The translations under genes were made by a program, and so were the position numbers. A stretch of 38,262 bases of DNA from positions 1-38,262 of the IMG/VR virus record IMGVR_UViG_3300008255_000063; one strand, 5' to 3'. Source of the stretch: a virus. The first letter of the stretch is position 1; the number at the start of each line of letters is the position of its first letter. The notes beneath the pieces are model-generated. The model had not been told where the DNA came from. It did not search any database and worked only from the letters and a program-made list of their open reading frames with translations. Positions 9,901 through 16,240 of this stretch are shown piece by piece.

Positions 9901-10095
9901 ATCTGAGTTAGGGATCCGAGTTACAAGAGCGTCTTGAGTTGATGAGCTTACCCACTGTGGGATCCGAGTAATTGCTCCATCACCTATCCCTAGGTTTTCC
10001 ACAGGCTGTAACTCGATAGTATCGAGAGCTAGATAAGCCCCCATCCAGCTACCTCCTACAATCAAACCAAGTAATATTGTAAATAAAGTTTTCAT
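6916..10095 (-). CDS. Tail fibre/spike with duplicated fibre repeats and a GH18-like glycoside hydrolase domain.
   Basis: 1059-aa ORF. Two copies of PAGGGGG-x-VTSV-x2-TVPTG(L/F)T(I/V)TGSP(I/V)T-x2-GTLA occur at about aa 90-140 and 290-340. The motif FTGIELDWEGF (GIELDWE encoded at 8158..8178) matches the GH18 catalytic DxxDxDxE region with D-W-E retained. A later VSLWHIGDNE resembles the GH18 beta-8 strand. Confidence 0.75.
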   Translation of the reverse strand: MKTLFTILLGLIVGGSWMGAYLALDTIELQPVENLGIGDGAITRIPQWVSSSTQDALVTRIPNSDVWMGNATITVAQICLTGDTCETTWPAGGGGGATGTVTSVSATVPTGLTITGSPITSSGTLAFGLDTGYVIPTQASLDLKAPLASPTFTGTPVLPSTFTIGANSFIRSGAHSLTLTTTGNTNVTYPTSGTLAVLTSAMTGTFDGNNFAGGAVAQGDLLYGASAGSIAELAKDTNATRYLSNQGTSNNPSWNQVNLANGVTGNLAVANLNSGTGASSTSFWRGDGTWAVPAGGGGGSVTSVAQTVPTGFTVTGSPVTTTGTLAIAYDSGYGPILTASTTDWQTAYTNMHNAVTLAGEDYLSLATQQITANAIDPDNLSASDFGSFTCNGTTCTVDNSAISNAMLANSSVSYGGVSLSLGGTDATPAFNLSDATSLPIATGVSGLGTGVATFLGTPSSANLASAVTGETGSGALVFGTSPSITSPTLASFFGTPCTGNDFLQDISDTGSFTCVTASGSGGSATTTEWRSTLQGWTFPDALNVNTDIEANNFHTIKPIWYEVDATGGDIGTLDLRTVAGYGAFGYNATNTLIIKDNSTEQFVTVSGNDPEIHTLTGSSTLVTSMTAELIAFATSTGFTGIELDWEGFGSWTAGETTDYINYVRYLSNEAHKYGLKTMIYLPPIWNSCSNCESGSGDEWDSANSDGYYQLEYEDFEDVPVDYLLIAVYDYHFDYGAGRPNAPLKWQDEIINYAKSKISNHDRLIIGIPASGYGGATGGYSFTAYTYDAISSVPGFSGATRDAESGELTWTNGGNSYFVSDSEALNIKRERAERQGIKRVSLWHIGDNEYPDKYVEPTIQSAPSVFSDLNVHGISGASILTLFSNAGTKFMEMLNTGITTLLGEWDFGGATSLEIPNGTNPTVNSAGEIAYDTTDNQLIIGATPHVIPTKDIRIWGTTVASTSDAFISGGLLPTATYLDGYTISRIQCHVTGGTSKVIAIEDASGNSSEDITCGTTNTTDDGSITNATYIASELQYIDFGATTGAVNYVTISVFGNWTRE

Positions 10096-10964
10096 TATTT
10101 TTGTATCTTATTAAACGTACTACGTAGGCGACTTGGTAGTACGCTCTTATCAAGTTTTGGCTGTGGATCTGCACCTCCAAACAATCCTCGCACCGTCATA
10201 AGGTTATCCTTTAAGAGTTGCTGAGACTGTTCTACTCGCTCCATATACCCAGGGATTTTAGCGATCTCTGCATTAAGCTCTGGCAATAGCTTTATAGCTT
10301 TGTCAATCTCAGCTTTGGAGAGATTTACATCGATTGTCCGGATGAGTTCTTGCATTACTCTAAATGACTCCTGGTACTGAGGGATCTTAATGTTATTGAT
10401 AGCAGTAACCACCGTTTGTTGAGATGCCTCAATCGCTCTGATTACTGGATCCAAGATAACCTCCTTTTGCTTTGGTATATCAATCTTAGGAAACTCTATC
10501 CGTTGTGCTGTCTGGAGTGGGACCGCTTTAATAGCCTGGACTAAAGGCTCGAGGTTAATCGCTTTTGACTTTGGAAAATCAAAGTCAAACTCGCTGAGGA
10601 CTTTTTTAAGAGCCTCACGGATATCATTTGCTGAGGGACCAGATCCCCCGACTCGCACCTCAGCCCGATCCTTTACAAGAAACGTCTGCTCCTTGCGTCC
10701 GTAGTTTGGACTCTCTTGTGTGTGTTCTGCATCAGTATAAACTTTGGTAATAATGGAGATGTAAAAGCCAAGACCCGACGTATCTGCCGGTACTTGCCAT
10801 CTTTCACTGTAACGGCCATCTCCCTTACTATCTAGATCAACTGTCGCTAACAAAGCATCCGTCCGAGCATTTCTTATCTCAGCTTGTGGGTAGTACGTTG
10901 CTCCGTCGAGAGGATCCTCGATCTGCCGTACGATAGTGAAATACTCAAAAGGATTTAGTTGCAT
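10095..10964 (-). CDS. Hypothetical structural protein.
   Basis: 289-aa ORF. Its stop overlaps the start of the fibre gene by 1 nt (TAATG), and there is a 3-nt gap to the upstream ORF. Confidence 0.65.
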   Translation of the reverse strand: MQLNPFEYFTIVRQIEDPLDGATYYPQAEIRNARTDALLATVDLDSKGDGRYSERWQVPADTSGLGFYISIITKVYTDAEHTQESPNYGRKEQTFLVKDRAEVRVGGSGPSANDIREALKKVLSEFDFDFPKSKAINLEPLVQAIKAVPLQTAQRIEFPKIDIPKQKEVILDPVIRAIEASQQTVVTAINNIKIPQYQESFRVMQELIRTIDVNLSKAEIDKAIKLLPELNAEIAKIPGYMERVEQSQQLLKDNLMTVRGLFGGADPQPKLDKSVLPSRLRSTFNKIQK

Positions 10965-10967
10965 AGT

Positions 10968-11372
10968 TTATTTTTCAGTTACGAGGACCGTAGTTGTAGC
11001 TGAGGCTCGAGCTGTAATAGTTCCAGTATACAAAGCATCGGCATCGATTGTATAAGTACTAGAGGCTGAGACTAAGATACCACTGTTTAATGTTGCATCT
11101 GTTCCTAGTGTTAGGTACACAGAGCTGGCTCCGTTGTTTGAGATAACGAGGTACTGTCTCGCTACATTTGCTGGAGCAACCTCGACTGAGGCGTTAGGGT
11201 TTACTGAGACAGAGGTTGATCGGCTGACTGACGGAAAGTCGTTCATAAATGCCGATCCTCCAAGCGATGCCTCTCCGTTTTCCTTTGGAGCGTTAAAGGC
11301 TCCGATACCTGTAAATATAGTGATTGACACTATACACAGGACCATCAATGCGTTTAAAATATTTTCTTTCAT
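10968..11372 (-). CDS. Hypothetical structural protein with an N-terminal hydrophobic segment.
   Basis: Start taken at ATG 11372 (MKENILNALMVLCIVSITIFTGIGAF...), giving 134 aa. The longer track start (11414) adds an unlikely 14 aa. Confidence 0.6.
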   Translation of the reverse strand: MKENILNALMVLCIVSITIFTGIGAFNAPKENGEASLGGSAFMNDFPSVSRSTSVSVNPNASVEVAPANVARQYLVISNNGASSVYLTLGTDATLNSGILVSASSTYTIDADALYTGTITARASATTTVLVTEK

Positions 11373-11462
11373 AATGATTTTATTATGGCCGTTACTTAAA
11401 AGCCAAGCCCTCACTCCCTAAGCATACCAGATAGAGAGGGAGGATTGGATTATTAGTAGTGA

Positions 11463-12122
11463 TTAACTAGGATCAGTACAAGTCAGTTTGGCGGATGTGA
11501 GTACTCCGCTATCAAGCAAGAGCCATTGTGAGCCAGTGGATACCATCTCGAAATAATCTCCGATATTTTCTCCATCTGTAACAAAGTTAATCTGATCCTC
11601 AGCGTCACAGTCTACGACTGCACCGGCTACGATCAAACTACCCTCAATGTTATCTCCCTCCAAAGAGTCGATCACCACGTTTCCGGTAGCCAAAGCCCCA
11701 GCAACGTGAAAACCAAAGTAAGTACCAGCCTCAGTGACAGCCGGCAACGTAATTGTCGTTATGCCATTTGTACCACTGAGTAGAAAATGAGTACCGTTCT
11801 GAGAGGCTGTAAGCGTAGTGGTTGCTGTAATAGGTGAGGTTTTATACCCACCAGATACAGTACCTACTATGTTTAGATTGCCATCAGTATCAAGAGAGGC
11901 CGTTTCCGTACCTGTCTTATCCTCTGAGGACCAGCCATCAGTAAATACTTTTTCACCTACCTGGACAAGTCCAGAAAGGCTTTCCTCTGATAATACTTCG
12001 ATCACTCGATCAACCACACTCGACTCACTTACTACTGGAGTGTCGACCTGTGACGGTACAAACAATCCAGCCAAAGCTAAGACCGCTACTAAAGCTATAA
12101 GTACATAATCAAATGTTTTCAT
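11463..12122 (-). CDS. Hypothetical structural protein with an N-terminal hydrophobic segment.
   Basis: 219-aa ORF directly downstream of the capsid gene. N-terminus MKTFDYVLIALVAVLALAGLFV. The remainder is beta-rich and rich in Thr, Gly and Val. Confidence 0.65.
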   Translation of the reverse strand: MKTFDYVLIALVAVLALAGLFVPSQVDTPVVSESSVVDRVIEVLSEESLSGLVQVGEKVFTDGWSSEDKTGTETASLDTDGNLNIVGTVSGGYKTSPITATTTLTASQNGTHFLLSGTNGITTITLPAVTEAGTYFGFHVAGALATGNVVIDSLEGDNIEGSLIVAGAVVDCDAEDQINFVTDGENIGDYFEMVSTGSQWLLLDSGVLTSAKLTCTDPS

Positions 12123-12136
12123 AGTTTAAGTGTTAT

Positions 12137-12179
12137 GAGTAAGGGAGGAGGGAGGGATTAACCTCCCACTCCTCTACTC
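12137..12179 (-). terminator. Strong GC-rich stem-loop immediately after the major capsid gene (attenuator or stabiliser type).
   Basis: gagtaagggaggagggagg (12137..12155) pairs with cctcccactcctctactc (12162..12179). I count about 16 bp with two bulges and a loop of gattaa. No clear U-run follows on the minus strand. Confidence 0.4.
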
Positions 12180-12190
12180 GCTAATAAGTC

Positions 12191-13477
12191 TTAGTTGTAA
12201 GCGTCAGTACGTACCCACACGTCGACCATCTTAACGATAGCCTCCTGGAATACTCGAGCACCCCAAGCTGACCAGGTAACAACGTCGAGTCCTACATACC
12301 CAGTACGAGGCTGAGTCATAGCACTTGGAGTCTTTTGGATCACCGCATCGATTGAGTTGGCGATACCAAAGAGACAGTGTTGTACTTGGAGAGCTGGAGT
12401 CCACACGATATCGGCTGGAGTAGCAGTCTCAGAGACTTCTACGTAGCCAAGACCAGTGGCCTTGATACCCATGTATGTAGCACCATCGGTAGCTACAACA
12501 TTTCGGAGGAGATCACGGTTAGCCTGTGTACACTCTACGTATAGAGTACCTACAGTACCAGATCCACCAACTCCATCTGCATCAAGCTCAAGTCCCTCAG
12601 AGTCGTTGTAAAACGCTACGAGAGCATCGAGAGTGAGAGCAAGTGAAGCTCCACGCTTTACGTTACCTGGAGTTGTTCCAAGTGTATCAAGGATTGTAGC
12701 GGTAACTCCGTTGATTGTGACAGTGTCACCATCTGAGAAGTTAGTAGCTACAGCCGTGAGACGACCAGACCATCCAATAGCGTTAGAGACGAAAATCTCA
12801 TAACCCATGTAACGTCCTACGTGGCCCTGGATACCGACCTTGTCTCCAAGATCAGAGTCCTTACCATCAAGAGACTCTAAGAGCATCTCGTGGACATCCG
12901 GAGAGATCACAGCCACAGCCATATCTCGCTTACTGTCTTCCTTTTTGAAGCCAGTAAACTTAGCTGAGTTGTCGATCATTATGTTATTACGTTGCAATTT
13001 CTTAGAACTCTTTGAAAAGAGCTTTCGGACGTTGCCTGTAGTAACAGTGATACCCTCTCCATCAGTACCTCCAAGATCACCAGCATCCAGCGTATTGCTG
13101 AAAGAGTCATAGTGACCGAGGATGTGTCCATCGATCTGATTAAAGATCGCTTTCGAGGCATCCATCGCATACGCTTTTTGCGTAGGCAAGTGACGTTGGA
13201 TATCATCGAGCTTTTTGATATAAAACGATGTTTCATATACTTGATCGATGACGAGCTGTTGATTGGTGTCAGTCAATGATTGACGACGGTATGATCCGTC
13301 CCCACCCATAGGCCGAGCGTACATCGCTGAGCGGTACTGTCGGTTGACCGTGTCACCTTTCTCCAGACCTTGTGCAAGGCGGTAGTTTGAAACTGCCGGA
13401 TACACAGGGATTTTGTGATGCGTTACTTGGTACACTTTGTCCCAAGTTTGTTGCATCGGAAATGTGTTCGGGTTCAT
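12191..13477 (-). CDS. Major capsid protein (putative).
   Basis: 428-aa ORF directly downstream of the acidic scaffold-like gene and downstream of portal and TerL. It is flanked by structured intergenic regions. The call rests on position and size only. Confidence 0.65.
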   Translation of the reverse strand: MNPNTFPMQQTWDKVYQVTHHKIPVYPAVSNYRLAQGLEKGDTVNRQYRSAMYARPMGGDGSYRRQSLTDTNQQLVIDQVYETSFYIKKLDDIQRHLPTQKAYAMDASKAIFNQIDGHILGHYDSFSNTLDAGDLGGTDGEGITVTTGNVRKLFSKSSKKLQRNNIMIDNSAKFTGFKKEDSKRDMAVAVISPDVHEMLLESLDGKDSDLGDKVGIQGHVGRYMGYEIFVSNAIGWSGRLTAVATNFSDGDTVTINGVTATILDTLGTTPGNVKRGASLALTLDALVAFYNDSEGLELDADGVGGSGTVGTLYVECTQANRDLLRNVVATDGATYMGIKATGLGYVEVSETATPADIVWTPALQVQHCLFGIANSIDAVIQKTPSAMTQPRTGYVGLDVVTWSAWGARVFQEAIVKMVDVWVRTDAYN

Positions 13478-13498
13478 ATAGTGTTTATATGATTAGGT

Positions 13499-13522
13499 TA
13501 ATAAGCCCTTTTGTAATGGGAC
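13499..13522. repeat. Left arm of the inverted repeat bracketing the scaffold gene.
   Basis: Plus strand reads TAATAAGCC-cttt-TGTAATGGGAC. This is the reverse complement of 14692..14718 apart from the central spacer. Confidence 0.85.
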
Positions 13523-13553
13523 TGTGACCGTATTACCCGATTGATCTAAGCTA

Positions 13554-14624
13554 CTACGCTTTGATCTTACGACCACCCCTAGAGATTTCCAGACCTGTAT
13601 CGTCGATATCATCGATGTATTCAGAGTATGCCTCTGGAGAAAGGTTACTTAAAACCTTTTCCTTTTCTGGACCATCTTTCATATCGTGAAGTGAAGTAAA
13701 GTCGTACTTGCCAGTTTTACTGTCTTTCTCAAAGCTCATTGAGGTAGCATCAGTCTTTGATGCTCCAGGCCGTCGACTACCGACTGGACCTTTTTTCGGA
13801 GGCTTTGAGTTGAGTACTTCGGTAAACTGCTTTTTCTCTTTAAAGAGAATATAATCGAGATCCTTATCGGCATAACGTGGTGTGTGTGCCATCTGATCCA
13901 TGAGCTTTTGAGCTCGAGCGATAGCACCTTTAGAGGCGTTCGGAAACTCTTTCTGGATCTCCGGTACTACCTCACCCCATTCGTTATTAAATGCCGTTGC
14001 ATCTGCCTCATCATCCGTCTTGGTTTTTAAGGCCTCAACGTGCTTAGCGATATCTTCGATACCAGTAGACTTCTTAATGAGATCTACCAAGCCTTTAGCT
14101 TGCTCTACGCTTACATCATTTTCTTCGGCCCATGTTTCGATTACATCGTCAGTTTCCTCCTTAGTCAGACCTTTAAGTTGCTGTTGCATCGCATCGATCT
14201 GGCCTTGAAGTTGTACCTTTTCCTCAGACCACTGAGCTTTTTCAGCCTTATACTTCGGGATTGGAATATACTTTTCGGTTCGGCTACGTGGGACTCTGGT
14301 GTCATCTTTCTTATCCTTACCCTTTTTATCGCTATCCTCATCGTCCTCGTCTGAGTCATCGTCCTCCTTATCGGAGTCCTCATCATCAGAGTCATCGGAG
14401 TCAGCATCCTCATCATCCTGGTCGTCATCACTGTCAGAATCATCCTCCTCATCGTCGCCTTTTTGAGAGTCATCGTCGCTCTCATCACCCTCGTCTGCAT
14501 CGTCTTGATGCTCATCCTTGTCCTTGTCTTCATCGAGATCCATGAAGTCGCCATTCATTCTTTCAACCTCTGCGAGCTCTGCATCCAGATCCGCATCGGT
14601 TTCTGGTTTATTTTTATTTACCAT
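13554..14624 (-). CDS. Scaffolding-like protein with an extreme poly-acidic tract.
   Basis: 356-aa ORF between the portal module and the capsid gene. About 80 aa are almost pure D/E/S (DEDKDKDEHQDDADEGDESDDDSQKGDDEEDDSDSDDDQDDEDADSDDSDDEDSDKEDDDSDEDDEDSD), followed by a helical, charged region. Confidence 0.6.
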   Translation of the reverse strand: MVNKNKPETDADLDAELAEVERMNGDFMDLDEDKDKDEHQDDADEGDESDDDSQKGDDEEDDSDSDDDQDDEDADSDDSDDEDSDKEDDDSDEDDEDSDKKGKDKKDDTRVPRSRTEKYIPIPKYKAEKAQWSEEKVQLQGQIDAMQQQLKGLTKEETDDVIETWAEENDVSVEQAKGLVDLIKKSTGIEDIAKHVEALKTKTDDEADATAFNNEWGEVVPEIQKEFPNASKGAIARAQKLMDQMAHTPRYADKDLDYILFKEKKQFTEVLNSKPPKKGPVGSRRPGASKTDATSMSFEKDSKTGKYDFTSLHDMKDGPEKEKVLSNLSPEAYSEYIDDIDDTGLEISRGGRKIKA

Positions 14625-14691
14625 AGATTTTAGTCATTATTTCAATCTGCCGACTAGAGCAGATAGTCTTTGATGTCGGAGTAAGAGCTCC

Positions 14692-14718
14692 GTCCCATTA
14701 CAGGAGAGAGGCTTATTA
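14692..14718. repeat. Right arm of the inverted repeat bracketing the scaffold gene.
   Basis: Plus strand reads GTCCCATTACA-ggagaga-GGCTTATTA. Its reverse complement, TAATAAGCC-tctctcc-TGTAATGGGAC, matches 13499..13522 in 9+11 nt. Confidence 0.85.
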
Positions 14719-14720
14719 CG

Positions 14721-14785
14721 GCCTCAGTGGTTGATCCCTCACTAGACGAGCGTCTGTGTTCGACCTAGAGATCCACCACTGAGGC
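14721..14785 (-). promoter_or_regulatory. Long imperfect hairpin (16-bp stem, 33-nt loop) in the 183-bp gap upstream of the scaffold gene.
   Basis: GCCTCAGTGGTTGATC (14721..14736) pairs with GATCCACCACTGAGGC (14770..14785) with one mismatch. It lies 23 nt downstream of the stop of ORF 14808..15578 on the minus strand. Confidence 0.6.
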
Positions 14786-14807
14786 AATAAAAGCCCCAGT
14801 TAGTAAC

Positions 14808-15578
14808 TTACGACAGCACAACTACACCTGGACCATCCTGTCCTGGAGTGTTTGCTACTTTCAATGCAAGAGCGTGTGCTTGCTCCTTAAACGTCTTGCC
14901 GTTGTTTTTCAAACTAAACTCGACCCGTTGTAGTTCGACACGACGATTGTCACCCTTACCAGTCTCACGACGGAAAACGGTAAACACTTGCTTGATGGTA
15001 CTGGCATCGACTGCCTTGCACTTCTTACCATTATCCTTTTCAGCATTTTGTGATGTACGCTTTGTGACAAAGCCCTCAGCCTTATCCTTGTAGCTTGATC
15101 CCTCCTCACTGTGCTTACTGTCGTAGTAAGTACGGATGAGCTGATTACCCTCTACGATCGAGATGGCATCACCTTTAATATCACCTACCTCCTCCTCAAT
15201 AGCTTCGATCTCTGCACTATCGAGAGCTGTAGGACGTGCGATATTTGGATCACCATCAAAGTCATCATCCTCTGCCTCCTCGTCTTCTTCGTCACTCTGT
15301 TCGTCAGAGCTAGACTCCTCGTCGCTTTCCTCATCACCTCCGACCGTCTCATCTTCTTCGTCAGAGTCTTCTGCTAGAGTAGCCTTTACTTCTTCGAGCA
15401 ATTCAGTAAGAGACTCTACAGTCTTTTCTTCTGGATACTCAAAATCTACTTGCTCCTCAAGCGGTTTAAGTTCTGCCATCAGAGCGTCAATCTTTTTGGT
15501 TTCTGCATCCTTTGTAGGAGCAGTCGACTTACCAGCCTTGTTAGCTGTAGTCTTTTTGGTTGTAGCTTTTTTAGCCAT
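14808..15578 (-). CDS. Hypothetical protein with a Lys-rich N-terminus and a poly-acidic tract.
   Basis: 256-aa ORF with N-terminus MAKKATTKKTTANKAGKSTAPTK, followed by EDSDEEDETVGGDEESDEESSSDEQSDEEDEEAEDDDFDGD. It sits between the portal and scaffold genes. Confidence 0.65.
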   Translation of the reverse strand: MAKKATTKKTTANKAGKSTAPTKDAETKKIDALMAELKPLEEQVDFEYPEEKTVESLTELLEEVKATLAEDSDEEDETVGGDEESDEESSSDEQSDEEDEEAEDDDFDGDPNIARPTALDSAEIEAIEEEVGDIKGDAISIVEGNQLIRTYYDSKHSEEGSSYKDKAEGFVTKRTSQNAEKDNGKKCKAVDASTIKQVFTVFRRETGKGDNRRVELQRVEFSLKNNGKTFKEQAHALALKVANTPGQDGPGVVVLS

Positions 15579-15604
15579 AAATGTAATTGCAATTAAACTT
15601 AATA

Positions 15605-15859
15605 TTAACTCCTTTTGCGTTTCACACGCTCCGGAGTGGCCCCAAATTGATGTATGTCAAAGCCACCTGTTTGCTCATCCTTACTTTTCATTTCGATGAC
15701 CATCTCGACTCGGTACTTTTCACCGATCTGCCACTTATCTATCTCCGGAAAATCGACCTCGGAGAAGTGGACAGAGGGGAGCATTTTTTTCTTTTCACTA
15801 TAAAAAGAGTACCTCTCTTGTGAGCTCTTTGGTTTTATAGTTCTTAATGTTTTTGCCAT
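15605..15859 (-). CDS. Hypothetical protein.
   Basis: 84-aa ORF on the coding strand of the head module. It fills the gap between flanking genes. Confidence 0.55.
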   Translation of the reverse strand: MAKTLRTIKPKSSQERYSFYSEKKKMLPSVHFSEVDFPEIDKWQIGEKYRVEMVIEMKSKDEQTGGFDIHQFGATPERVKRKRS

Positions 15860-15870
15860 ACTCTAATATA

Positions 15871-16239
15871 TTACTCTAGTGCTGAGGCCTCTGTGATCTT
15901 CTTATCAACAAAAGTCTCAAGATCGCTAATAATCTTTGTAGCCTGTCCTGGATCCAGACGCTCAATCCAAAACAAGTGGATCTTACGCTCATCCATCAAT
16001 CGGAGACGCTCATCATCCGTTAGCTCACGATCCCATTGGAGCATGAGGTTTATATCATCTATCTTCTTTTGCGTGGCTCTAACGAGATCCTGGACCTCCT
16101 CAATCTGAGCAATTTGAGCTTTTGCTAGGTTTCGACGGAGTTGTTTCTCTACATTGTCGATAACAGCTCTATCCTCAGATGACCGATAGAGTATCCGGAG
16201 TTCCTTTACTTTTTTCTCAATGTTTACAAAATCAGCCAT
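15871..16239 (-). CDS. Hypothetical coiled-coil protein.
   Basis: 122-aa ORF starting 1 nt after the portal stop (16241). Its composition is charged and helical. Confidence 0.6.
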   Translation of the reverse strand: MADFVNIEKKVKELRILYRSSEDRAVIDNVEKQLRRNLAKAQIAQIEEVQDLVRATQKKIDDINLMLQWDRELTDDERLRLMDERKIHLFWIERLDPGQATKIISDLETFVDKKITEASALE

Positions 16240-16240
16240 A

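Noticed and set aside
12979-13236. ORFs 12979..13236 (-) and 12840..13112 (+) inside the capsid gene.
   Set aside because: They are out-of-frame or antisense to the 428-aa ORF and have no independent support.
14020-14554. ORFs 14165..14554 (-), 14261..14545 (+), 14040..14354 (+) and 14020..14208 (+), which encode Met/Thr/Arg-rich or His/Pro/Arg-rich products.
   Set aside because: They are alternative-frame read-outs of the GAT/GAG/TCx repeats that encode the poly-acidic tract of the scaffold-like gene. They are low-complexity artefacts.
14625-14807. A possible tRNA or tmRNA-like gene in the structured gap. A GTTCGA string at 14758..14763 resembles a T-loop.
   Set aside because: The fold is a single 16-bp stem with a large loop. 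There is no 7-bp acceptor stem, D arm or anticodon arm arrangement on either strand.
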